NCBI GenBank assembly: GCA_965218435.1
Contig: CBDCKW010000009.1
Location: 1,120,001-1,184,000, forward strand
Source: Truepera sp.
Lineage (GTDB): Bacteria; Deinococcota; Deinococci; Deinococcales; Trueperaceae
Length of the DNA: 64,000 nt
Reading direction: 5' to 3'
The translations under genes were made by a program, and so were the position numbers. The number at the start of each line of letters is the position of its first letter. Within the stretch, counting starts at the first letter, position 1. Below are positions 32,110 to 41,172 of the stretch, piece after piece. The notes beneath the pieces were generated by a model that was not told the DNA's origin, did no database searches, and saw only the letters and a program-made list of their open reading frames with translations.

Positions 32110-33024
32110 ATGAGTCGCCGCGCGACGCTGATCCATAACGCCCACGCCGCCGGTCGGTTGCGGCTTTCGACCGGGCGCATTCTCGAGCTGCTCGGTGAGG
32201 CCGGGTACGACGCCGAGCATGTACCGACTGAAAACGAAGACGACCTCGCCGCCGCCCTCAAAGACCCTGGTGACCTCGTGGTCGCAGCTGGCGGCGACGG
32301 AACGATCCGCGGCGTGGCGCTGGCGCTGGCTGCGACAGGCTCGAGCGTTCCCTTGGCGCTCGCGCCCTTAGGAACGGCCAACAACATCGCCCGTACGCTC
32401 GGGCTGACCGACAAAACCGAAACCTTGCTGCGGGGTCTTGCCAACCCCCAACCACGCCCTTTTGACCTCGGCCTGATCCGCGCCCCGTGGGGTGAGGTGC
32501 GCTTTCTCGAGGCGTTCGGCGTCGGGCTCTTCGCTGCAGGGCTCAAGCAGTACAGTCCGGACGAAAGAAAAAGCCTCGTGCGGATGGCGCAAGCGGCGCT
32601 CGAGACGTTGACGCACTACGAAGCCGGCGAATGGGAATGTGAACTCGACGGCCGCGACCTCTCCGGGCGCTACCTGATGCTCGAGGTGATGAACACGCAG
32701 GCGATGGGGTTACGCCTGCGCCTCGCGCCGCACGCAGACCCGAGTGACGGTCTGTTTGACGTGGTGCGCGTGAAGGAGGACGATACCGTAGGGTTCGGCG
32801 CGTACTTGACCAAACTCGCAGAGGGCGACCTGGAAACATTACCTAACGTCGAGATTAACCGGGGTAAACGGCTTAAGCTGCGTTGGAACGGCCTACCGCT
32901 GCATTTTGACGAAGAGGTGCGCGGCGACGACCCGGCGCGTGAACCCGGCGGCGACATTGAGCTGACCATGCAGGCCGGCGCGCTGACCTTATGGCTTCCC
33001 AGCTCACCTGACGCAGTCTTTTAA
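32110..33024 (+). CDS. Diacylglycerol/lipid kinase family protein
   Basis: AAGGDGT, PLGTANNIA and ADPSDGLFDV motifs. Confidence 0.9.
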   Translation: MSRRATLIHNAHAAGRLRLSTGRILELLGEAGYDAEHVPTENEDDLAAALKDPGDLVVAAGGDGTIRGVALALAATGSSVPLALAPLGTANNIARTLGLTDKTETLLRGLANPQPRPFDLGLIRAPWGEVRFLEAFGVGLFAAGLKQYSPDERKSLVRMAQAALETLTHYEAGEWECELDGRDLSGRYLMLEVMNTQAMGLRLRLAPHADPSDGLFDVVRVKEDDTVGFGAYLTKLAEGDLETLPNVEINRGKRLKLRWNGLPLHFDEEVRGDDPAREPGGDIELTMQAGALTLWLPSSPDAVF

Positions 33025-33207
33025 CCGTATACTGCGTGTTGCTGAGGTTGCTACTTTCGGCACCTCAAGTATCGCCGTAAATCCGGAGAACTGCACAACA
33101 CCCCGTTCTTTGTGCCCTGAGAGCGTCCCCAACCAGATGACAAACCCGGACAAAAATTCAGACAAAAACACCAGACAAAAATCCTGGCCAAAGCCAGCTG
33201 GAAAACG

Positions 33208-33909
33208 ATGAAAATTGACCTGCATCTCCATACTGAAGCTTCGTTCGACTGCGTCGTGCCGCTGCCCGAGCTGTTAGACCGGCTGGTGGTGCGGGGCGTT
33301 GACGTTCAAGCGGTCACCGACCATAACGAAATCTGGGGCGCACAAAAGCTCCAGGCGCTGGCTGACGCGCGGCGCAAAACGCACCCAGGTACGCCGCAAA
33401 TTATCGTCGGCGAAGAGGTCAGTACCCGCGAAGGCGAGATTATCGGACTGTTTTTGACCGAGCAAATTCCCCGTGACCTGAGCCCGGAGGAGACAGTCGC
33501 GCAGATTCGGGCGCAGGGTGGGTTGGTCTTGCTGCCGCACGGTTTCGACCCGCTCAAAAAGAAACGTCTTAAACCTGAAGCGTTGGCGCGGATTGCCGAG
33601 GACGTAGACCTCGTTGAAGCGTTTAACGCGCGTATCTCGAGGCCCAAATGGAACCACGCCGGGGCAGCGTGGGCCGACGCTCGTGGGCTTCCCAAAAGTG
33701 CCGGGTCGGACGCGCACACGCTCGCCGACGTCGGCGACGCCTGGGTTACCACGCCTGTGCAGGATGTCAGCACGCCGGAGGGTTTGTTGGCCGCACTTCG
33801 CGCGGGTGAGGTGTCCGGCAACTGGACGCATCCGCTCTTGGCGTTTGCTTACAAGGTGTGGGATTCGGGGTTTGCGATCACGCGGCGCTACGTTGCAGGT
33901 AGGCGTTAG
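33208..33909 (+). CDS. PHP domain metal-dependent phosphoesterase
   Basis: DLHLHT, TDHN, GEEVST and GSDAH motifs. Confidence 0.92.
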   Translation: MKIDLHLHTEASFDCVVPLPELLDRLVVRGVDVQAVTDHNEIWGAQKLQALADARRKTHPGTPQIIVGEEVSTREGEIIGLFLTEQIPRDLSPEETVAQIRAQGGLVLLPHGFDPLKKKRLKPEALARIAEDVDLVEAFNARISRPKWNHAGAAWADARGLPKSAGSDAHTLADVGDAWVTTPVQDVSTPEGLLAALRAGEVSGNWTHPLLAFAYKVWDSGFAITRRYVAGRR

Positions 33910-33986
33910 GCGGCTTGGGCCAACTCATGCTCAGTAACGGTAATCTAATGACTGCCCGTTCACTCGCTACGGGCTAGGCTCAGGGT

Positions 33987-34544
33987 ATGGATCACGCAGA
34001 CGCGTTGTCGCTTATCGCGCCAGGTCTTTCAGTAGGCGTTGGTGAAGGTCAAATTTGGGCCGACCTCGGGGCCGGAAGCGGCGTTTTTGCCCGTGCGCTC
34101 AGCGAACTGCTGGGGCCGACGGGGGTTGTGATCGCCGTTGACCGGGATGCGCGGGTGCTGCAAAGGATTTGTGTACCGCGACCTGATTTGTCACGACGTG
34201 TGGGCGGCGAGATACGCCGCTACCACGCAGACTTTAGGGGAGCGCTCGAGCTTCCCCCGCTAGACGGCTTGCTGCTCGCCAACTCGCTCCATTTTGTCGC
34301 TCGGCAAGAGGCGGTGCTCCGCCAACTTATGAGTTATTTGCGCCCTCAGGGGCGGATGCTGCTCGTCGAATACGACGAACAAAGAGCGTCACCGTGGAAC
34401 CCGTATCCGGTCCCGCCGGGGCGTTTCAAAAAGCTCGCGGCGGCGGTGGGGTTGCAAGGTGTAAAAGAACTAAGGCGTCGCCCTTCACAGTTCGGTAACC
34501 GAGAGCTCTATACGGCAGTCGCGTTTAATAATATAGCTAGCTGA
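33987..34544 (+). CDS. Class I SAM-dependent methyltransferase
   Basis: WADLGAGSG and ANSLHF motifs. Confidence 0.88.
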   Translation: MDHADALSLIAPGLSVGVGEGQIWADLGAGSGVFARALSELLGPTGVVIAVDRDARVLQRICVPRPDLSRRVGGEIRRYHADFRGALELPPLDGLLLANSLHFVARQEAVLRQLMSYLRPQGRMLLVEYDEQRASPWNPYPVPPGRFKKLAAAVGLQGVKELRRRPSQFGNRELYTAVAFNNIAS

Positions 34545-34771
34545 CCCGAAGATTGGCCTTTATAGAAGAGCTTGCTACAGTTGTTACGAGACGGTCATTA
34601 CAAAAAGTGCGTGCTGAGCGGCAAAGCTTAAACGGAGCGCGTTGCTCCGCAGCTTGTACTTGCCGAGCAGTTCCGAACGCCGTGAGAACGCCTATACGCC
34701 AAATGTGCTTACGTTATCCGAGTTACCGAATAAAAGTTCTATCCGAGCTCTCTTAGTGCGGTTGGACCCGG

Positions 34772-35353
34772 TTACGACTGCGCAGGTGTGTCTGCGGCAA
34801 CGAGCCGGAGAGCACTGAAGACTTCGGCGACGATTTCGGTAAGCTCTCGCTCGCTGCCTCCCTCGAGCCAACGCGTTAAGGAGACACTAAAGACGGTAAC
34901 CGCAATCTGGGCGGCGAGCGTCGAGGTCAACTCGTCGACGCCGCGATTCAGGAACCCTAGTCTGATCGCTTCCGACAGCACGGACAGCTTCCGCAGCTCG
35001 CGCTCGCGCAGGCCCTCGTCCGACTGAATGATGGCGTCGCGTGTCCGAAGGTACTCGAGCTGGCCCTCGAACCTGGTCGCCGCGACGGTCTCGAGTCCTT
35101 CTAAAATCACCTTCATCGGGCCGTGCGAAGCCGGGGCGTCGGCCATGAGCCTCGCGACCAGCGCGGGCAGTTCCTCCTCGACCGCAAAGAGCACCTCGCG
35201 CTTGTCCGCGAAGTGACGAAAGAACGTGCGGGTCGTCAGCCCGGCCCTAGCGGTGATCTCGGGAACCGTCGTCTCGGCAAAACCCTGCTCGAGGAACAGC
35301 TCGAGGGCGGCGCGTTCCAACCGCTTGCGTGCACCCGACTGCCACCGACCCAT
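34772..35353 (-). CDS. TetR family transcriptional regulator
   Basis: AALELFLEQGFAETTV...AGLTTRTFFRHFADK HTH. Confidence 0.95.
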   Translation of the reverse strand: MGRWQSGARKRLERAALELFLEQGFAETTVPEITARAGLTTRTFFRHFADKREVLFAVEEELPALVARLMADAPASHGPMKVILEGLETVAATRFEGQLEYLRTRDAIIQSDEGLRERELRKLSVLSEAIRLGFLNRGVDELTSTLAAQIAVTVFSVSLTRWLEGGSERELTEIVAEVFSALRLVAADTPAQS

Positions 35354-35368
35354 AACCGACTATACAAA

Positions 35369-35420
35369 ATGACATCGCGTGTCATCGTTATGCTATAGTG
35401 ATGTCATCACGTGTCATCAC
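35369..35420. promoter_or_regulatory. Two tandem TetR-type operators in the divergent promoter
   Basis: ATGACA-tcgcg-TGTCAT (35369-35385) and ATGTCA-tcacg-TGTCAT (35401-35417). Confidence 0.7.
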
Positions 35421-35588
35421 TTTGACAACGCGGTAAAAGGGTCTAGCAGGACTGCAACATAAAATCGGATTGGAGTTTGACATTCTGTTGGAATAAACCT
35501 TAACGCAAATTTCATTAGCAGTCGGCGTGAGCTGTACTGCTGCAGAACGGAATCCTCGCAGATGAGGCGGAAAAGAGGGAATAAGCTT

Positions 35589-36503
35589 ATGAGAATTTTA
35601 GTTATCGGAGCTTCGGGCTTCGTCGGTAGGCATCTTGCTCAGGGGCTGTTGGCTGAAGGCTACGCCGTCCGCTGTCTGGCACGGAAGCCGGAGAAGATAA
35701 AAGATTTGGCGGCCATAGGCTATGAGATTGTCCAAGGCGACATTCTGGACGCCGAGTCTATGAAGCGTGCATTGGATTCTGTTCAGGCCGTTTATATCTC
35801 CGTCCACACCCTTTCACCTCAGCCTTCCAGTACGGTAGGTCAAGGCTTTATGGACATCGAGCTGCAGGGCTTGCAGAACATCGTGGCGGCGTGTAAGGCG
35901 AATGGTGTAAGCCGTTTGATCTACCTGACCTCCCTCGGCAACACGCCAGGCGCGCGCAGTGAATGGGGACGTGAACGCTGGCAAGCAGAACAGTTCTTGC
36001 TTGGGAGCGGCCTCGAGGTCACCGTGATCCAGCCCGGTCAGATCGTGGGTGTGGGCGGAAACGGCTTCAATATGATGGTGAACCAAGCGAAAAGGTCGCC
36101 TACCTTGATGATCGGTAGTGGAAAGCAAAAGTCGCGCAATATTGCCGTCAACGATCTGGTCTACTATCTTATCGGCGTCTTGAGCGATTCACGGACTTAC
36201 GGCCAAGCTTACGAAGTGGGCGGGGATGACGTTCTAACGAGCGACCAGATGGTTGACGTTACGGCAGAGGTTCTCGGTCACCATCATCCCGTCAAAATAC
36301 ACGTTCCGCGAACCCTTTTAGGCGTGTTCGCGCCGGTTATCGAGCGGGTAAGTAAACTCCCAAAAGGTGCTATTAAGGGCCTGGTGGACGGCATGGCGGA
36401 CGATCTCGTGGGTGATCCCACGCCCATCCGCAAACTTTTACCGAGGCCGCCGCTGTCTTACCGTCAGGCCGTGGAACAGGCGTTAACAGCGGAGAAGTCG
36501 TAA
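35589..36503 (+). CDS. NAD(P)H-binding SDR/NmrA-like oxidoreductase
   Basis: MRILVIGASGFVG Rossmann motif; AGAGGG RBS. Confidence 0.88.
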   Translation: MRILVIGASGFVGRHLAQGLLAEGYAVRCLARKPEKIKDLAAIGYEIVQGDILDAESMKRALDSVQAVYISVHTLSPQPSSTVGQGFMDIELQGLQNIVAACKANGVSRLIYLTSLGNTPGARSEWGRERWQAEQFLLGSGLEVTVIQPGQIVGVGGNGFNMMVNQAKRSPTLMIGSGKQKSRNIAVNDLVYYLIGVLSDSRTYGQAYEVGGDDVLTSDQMVDVTAEVLGHHHPVKIHVPRTLLGVFAPVIERVSKLPKGAIKGLVDGMADDLVGDPTPIRKLLPRPPLSYRQAVEQALTAEKS

Positions 36504-36505
36504 GA

Positions 36506-36633
36506 CGTGTTCTCGTCGTTGGCGCAACCGGGTTTACCGGCGCTACCGCTGGTTTTTAAGAGAACGGTTTCGTACCGGGGAAGCCACCGAATGGGCTACG
36601 CCTAGCGCAGCCGGCAGCTCCAAGAAAGGATAA
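36506..36633 (+). pseudogene. Relic of an internally deleted Rossmann-fold gene
   Basis: RVLVVGATGFTG then a stop at 36557; an out-of-frame tail ERFRTGEATEW...KKG* ends at the RBS of the next gene. Confidence 0.55.
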
Positions 36634-36639
36634 CTCCAA

Positions 36640-37734
36640 ATGCCGACGAATACGGCGGCGTGGTTAGGGACAAAGCAGGCTAAGCTCGAGGTCAGGCCCG
36701 CGCCCTACACGCCTCCACGCGAGAACGAGATTGTCGTCAAAAACCACGCCGTCGCGATCAATCCTATTGATTGGCTCATTCCCGTTCTGGGCAATATCGC
36801 TTTTACCTGGATTAAATATCCTTTTGTCCTCGGTTGCGACCTTGCCGGCGAGGTTGTCGAGGTCGGTGGCGCGGTCACGCGGTTTAGCGTAGGCGACCGG
36901 GTTCTCGCTCACGCTGTAGGAACAGACAAGGACCGCAACACATCGGCGGAGGGGGCCTTCCAGAACTATACCGTCGTCTTAGAGCGGTTGGCCGCACCTA
37001 TCCCTGACACCCTGCCGTACGAAAACGCCGCTGTTCTCCCCCTCGCTTTATCTACCGCCGCGTGTGGCCTGTTTCAGAAAGATCAGCTGGCGCTTGACTA
37101 TCCGTCTTTGACCCCGAAACCTACGGGGAAGACGCTGCTCGTCTGGGGCGGCTCGACGAGCGTCGGCAGCAACGCTATCCAACTCGCCGTCGCCGCCGGC
37201 TACGAGGTCATCACCACGGCGTCAGCTAAAAACTTCGACTACGTTCGCAAGCTGGGTGCAAGCCAGGTCTTTGACTATCACAGCAAGACCGTTGTCAAAG
37301 ACGTTATCGCGGCCTTCAAAGGCAAAACGAGCGCCGGGGCACTCGCTATCGGAACCGGGTCAACCGAGCCTTGTGTGGACATCGCCTCCGCCTGTAACGG
37401 TCACAAGTTCGTCTCCACAGCCAGCCAATCCGTCTCTTTTGAAAATGGCGTGACCCTTCCGCTGCTGCTCCGGTCTTTATCGTCAAGTTTAGCGTTGCAG
37501 GTGAAAACTCGGTCGCGGCGCGTCCGCACGAAGTCTATCTTCGGCTCTACCTTAAAGGACAACGAGGTCAGCAGAGTCATCTATAAAGACTTCCTGCCCC
37601 AGGCTCTCGCAGCTGGCCAATATATCGCCGCCCCGGAGCCTTACGTCGTCGGCAAGGGTCTGGGGTCCATCCAAGCTGGGTTTGACGTTCAAAGGCAGGG
37701 TGTCTCGGCTAAGAAGGTGGTCGTTTCCCTCTAA
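36640..37734 (+). CDS. MDR family enoyl-reductase-like oxidoreductase
   Basis: AVAINPIDW, LGCDLAGEV and VWGGSTSVG motifs. Confidence 0.9.
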   Translation: MPTNTAAWLGTKQAKLEVRPAPYTPPRENEIVVKNHAVAINPIDWLIPVLGNIAFTWIKYPFVLGCDLAGEVVEVGGAVTRFSVGDRVLAHAVGTDKDRNTSAEGAFQNYTVVLERLAAPIPDTLPYENAAVLPLALSTAACGLFQKDQLALDYPSLTPKPTGKTLLVWGGSTSVGSNAIQLAVAAGYEVITTASAKNFDYVRKLGASQVFDYHSKTVVKDVIAAFKGKTSAGALAIGTGSTEPCVDIASACNGHKFVSTASQSVSFENGVTLPLLLRSLSSSLALQVKTRSRRVRTKSIFGSTLKDNEVSRVIYKDFLPQALAAGQYIAAPEPYVVGKGLGSIQAGFDVQRQGVSAKKVVVSL

Positions 37735-37976
37735 ATTATCTTGGGTCGCGGCTGACCTAGAATAAACACGGTACGGAGGGGTGATTCGCGTCCCGGCGGA
37801 AGCCGCCTTAAAAACCCTTATCGGTCTGTCCACTTGCTCCGCCTGTGAGGTCTTACGCGCGATAGGTGAGTAGGCTTAACCTCGGTTTATACCTACTTAT
37901 CCCTACCTACTACTGTGACTTCTTCTAAATAGCCCTCTGCCAACACTGTTAGCTAAGTTTAGAATACCGTCAAAAT

Positions 37977-39653
37977 CTAAGCGTTTTTAACCGTGCGCCG
38001 CGCCCGAACCGCCGCCGCCGAATAGGTCAGTCGTTCTTGTACAAAGGTCTTGAGCAGTGAGGTCGTCGTCACGTCCTTAAAGAAGTGCTCGCGGAAGGCT
38101 CCGCGCCCCAAAAAGCCCGTATCGCGCCCTAACAGGCCGAGCCGGAGTTTGCGTTTGGGCAGGTAGGTTTTACCGTCCAACACGTCTCTAAATGCTTGGG
38201 GAAGCCACTCGAGCCTCCTAAGCTGCGCCTGAATCTCAGCAACCGCTCGGTCTACCGCCGCCTCGTCTTGCAGGTCAAGGGTTTCTAAACGCGCGTCTAC
38301 GGCGTCGGCGACCTCCCGAAACTCGGCGAAGCCGCCCCCGACGAGCCGTAAGTCTTGGGTTCCCGCGTAATAGCTGCGGCGGTCTGTGGCGAGCGCCCGG
38401 ACGCTGCTCAGTTTGACGAATTCGGTATACGCGCCCAACAGCCACACCACGCTGTAGACCGTCCAGAGTTTGGGGTTGATAAACGACCGATACGAATTAG
38501 CGACTAAGCGGTCGTTTGCTCGGATAAAGGCCAAGGTGGTGGTCTCGAGCGGCCTAAAACGCGCGGCGCTGTAATCCCCGTCGTGTTTAGCTTCTAACAG
38601 CAGATCAGCCAACACCGATACGCTCGTTAAAGACGTGTAAAGTCCTTTGGAATAGAGCGGGTCAACGAACCCGGCAGCGTGCCCCAGAAGCGCAAAGCGG
38701 TCGCCGACGACGCGTTTGGAACTGTACTGGATACGTCCGGTACGCGTCCACGGGCGCACGGCTTTACCTCCGGCCAGGTGCCGCTCGATGCTTGGAAACC
38801 GCTTGATAAAGGTCCGAAACTCGTCTTCCGGGCTCTCATCTGACGCTGGGTAAAGGCGCGGGTCGAGCAGCAGCCCGACGCTGCAGAGAGGATTGGTCGC
38901 CTTAGCGTGGTTGTTAAAGGGGATGACCCAGAGCCAACCGCCCGCAAAGATGTGATGGAGCGTACCTTCGGAGGCGCGGAAGGGAAGACGGCTCCGGTTT
39001 TGTGACGACGTGCTGTGATAGTCGGGAACCCCGACCATATGGGTAAAGAGCGCCCTCGAGTGTGTCTGCAGCTCAAAATCTCTCAGCTCGAAAGCGTCGG
39101 CTAAGAGTGACTTAAACCCACCTGCGTCTACCACGTAATCAGCCGTAAAAGTCCCAGTGTCGGTTTTTAAGGTGACGGTTTCAGCGGTGACCTCGAGCGC
39201 CTTGACCGGCGTGTTTTGCAAGACCGTCGCGCCGTAACGCACTGCCACCGTGGTTAAAAACGCGTCTACATCTTGCCGGTAGAGGTGTAGTTCGTGGCCA
39301 TGAGGTGCTTTAGGGATGACCGCTTGCAGTACCTGCGTGGGGTCTTGCTCCGCTCCGGCGGTGTGGTGCAGGTACGAAAAGTGCCGTTTGACGCCGTGCG
39401 AGCTGCCGATTAAAGGCAGGTAGTTTTCCGAGCTGAAATACGCAAGTTCAGGCACACCGTAAAGGTCAGCGAGTGCGCGCATCGTCTCGCTGGTTTCTAA
39501 AATCATCGATTCGCCGATGCTGAACTTCGGATGCGTTTTGGCCTCGAGCACCACCACACGTTGCCCGTGTTTGGCGAGAATCGCCGCGAGCGACGAGCCC
39601 GCAATCCCCGAGCCGATAATAGCGACGTCAAAGTGGTTCATAGGTGGGTTCAC
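37977..39653 (-). CDS. Flavin-dependent halogenase (PrnC-like)
   Basis: GSGIAG, HPKFSIGES, GVKRHF (putative catalytic Lys), WLWVIP (WxWxIP) and GFVDPLYSKGL motifs. Confidence 0.82.
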   Translation of the reverse strand: MNPPMNHFDVAIIGSGIAGSSLAAILAKHGQRVVVLEAKTHPKFSIGESMILETSETMRALADLYGVPELAYFSSENYLPLIGSSHGVKRHFSYLHHTAGAEQDPTQVLQAVIPKAPHGHELHLYRQDVDAFLTTVAVRYGATVLQNTPVKALEVTAETVTLKTDTGTFTADYVVDAGGFKSLLADAFELRDFELQTHSRALFTHMVGVPDYHSTSSQNRSRLPFRASEGTLHHIFAGGWLWVIPFNNHAKATNPLCSVGLLLDPRLYPASDESPEDEFRTFIKRFPSIERHLAGGKAVRPWTRTGRIQYSSKRVVGDRFALLGHAAGFVDPLYSKGLYTSLTSVSVLADLLLEAKHDGDYSAARFRPLETTTLAFIRANDRLVANSYRSFINPKLWTVYSVVWLLGAYTEFVKLSSVRALATDRRSYYAGTQDLRLVGGGFAEFREVADAVDARLETLDLQDEAAVDRAVAEIQAQLRRLEWLPQAFRDVLDGKTYLPKRKLRLGLLGRDTGFLGRGAFREHFFKDVTTTSLLKTFVQERLTYSAAAVRARRTVKNA

Positions 39654-39842
39654 AGGCGCGTGCTCACCCCCCCAGCTTATACCCTTAATGCCTGCAAGCT
39701 GAGTTCTGAAATCAGGAGAAAGAAGTCAGAATACAGAATTTAGAAGGTGCTGCCTCGGTAAAGTCTGTGTTGTCCTTCAGTCAAGATGACGGCAAAAGTA
39801 GAGGGCAACAGAACTCGGCCAAGACCGACTTTAAGACGACCT

Positions 39843-40283
39843 TTACAGCGTATCGAGCGTTCTAAACAGCCCCGCTTCGTCGTAGGCTTGCGTTTGGAGC
39901 GTGCCGTGTTTGAAAAAAGCGGCGCGGCCCCCCTGATCGAGCAGCAGCGTTCCGCTCCCCTGAACTGCGCCTAAGAGCCGCCGACCTAAACCGACGGCCT
40001 CGTGCGCCTCTGTACCCGACAAAACAGGAAACGGCACGCGCTCCGCAACCTGCCGAGCTTCTTCCGGACCTTCCGAGACGACGACAAAAACCTGAGCGTC
40101 TTTGTCGTTCCCTGCGAGCTTTTTAGCGATTCGCTGAACGTGCCCCAAGCAGATGCCGCACGTCGCGGAGCGCATAAAGTAGAAGACCGTCGGCGTGCCC
40201 AAAATGCCCTTTTGGTCAAACGGTTGTCCGTTTTGCTCGAGCTTTAGGGGCGGCAAAGCTTCACCAATTTGAAGTGGGGTCAT
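39843..40283 (-). CDS. AhpC/TSA-like redoxin
   Basis: FMRSATCGIC CxxC motif; overlaps the stop of the upstream gene. Confidence 0.75.
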   Translation of the reverse strand: MTPLQIGEALPPLKLEQNGQPFDQKGILGTPTVFYFMRSATCGICLGHVQRIAKKLAGNDKDAQVFVVVSEGPEEARQVAERVPFPVLSGTEAHEAVGLGRRLLGAVQGSGTLLLDQGGRAAFFKHGTLQTQAYDEAGLFRTLDTL

Positions 40284-40864
40284 TTTGCTGTCGGAGCTTG
40301 GAGTGCGGCCCCCAACTGCGCGTCGGTCACTTCACCCCGCGCCGGATAGTCTTTACTCATCACAAAGTCGAGCGCACCTAAAACCTCACGGAAGTTCGGA
40401 CGGGCGAAGGGCATCGTCTGGACGCTGCCGAAATAGAGCGTGCCGTCAGGCCGGACGAGGTACAAGGCCGGTTCGCTAAACAGGGCCGGTTCGTCAACCC
40501 CGGCTGAGGTTTTACCCCGGCTTGCCGAAACATACAGACCCCACTCGCGGGCTTTCTCGAGGTCCAGACCGTACCCCACGGTAAGGTTCTCCAGACCCCA
40601 CTCGTTTTTAGACCGTTCTGCTCGCTCCCGGCTGTCGCTGCTGATAGCGACGACGCTCACGCCCCGCTTTTCAAACTCGTCCAACTTTTTCTCTAAGTCG
40701 CCCAGATAGGTGGCGCAAATCGGGCAGTGAAAGCCGCGGTAAAACACGACCAGAGTAAAGTTTTCGGGTGTCTGGTCACCTAGCTGCCACGTTTCGCCGC
40801 CCACCGTTGGGACGTTCAAGCTCGGAACGGGTTGTCTCGGAAACAAAGGGTGTATCATCGTCAT
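40280..40864 (-). CDS. Peroxiredoxin-like AhpC/TSA protein
   Basis: FYRGFHCPIC, FSEPALYLVRPDGTLY and QTMPFARP motifs. Confidence 0.9.
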   Translation of the reverse strand: MTMIHPLFPRQPVPSLNVPTVGGETWQLGDQTPENFTLVVFYRGFHCPICATYLGDLEKKLDEFEKRGVSVVAISSDSRERAERSKNEWGLENLTVGYGLDLEKAREWGLYVSASRGKTSAGVDEPALFSEPALYLVRPDGTLYFGSVQTMPFARPNFREVLGALDFVMSKDYPARGEVTDAQLGAALQAPTAK

Positions 40865-41172
40865 CTCCTTCTCTATAGTAAAAGCTCTGTAGCAAAAACC
40901 TCGTGGTAACTCCTCTGCGTATCAGCCTTAATCTAAACCGTCTTTTTTACGGCGTAAGTCGTGGTTGAGACAGATGCTTGCAAGAGCCTCGAGCAACGCA
41001 ATCCAACTTCGTCCCAAAACTGAACCAGGGCCTACGGTCTGTGGCCGTCAACCGACCTCAAAATAAACTTGGTTCAGCTAAAGACCAGCTCGTGTCCGGT
41101 GGGGTACACGAAAAGAAACCAAGCGCCCGACATGCCAGCTACACAAAGCGTCAAGTCAATAAGGAGTCAGCC

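Noticed and set aside
34553..34756. 67-aa ORF between the methyltransferase and TetR genes
   Set aside because: TTG start with no RBS, atypical composition and no recognisable motif.
40978..41172. Long N-terminal extensions in the ORF track (also 5357, 11506, 18358, 21589, 26412, 31999, 50919, 62372)
   Set aside because: Downstream starts have an RBS or -10 element and match domain or signal-peptide boundaries.
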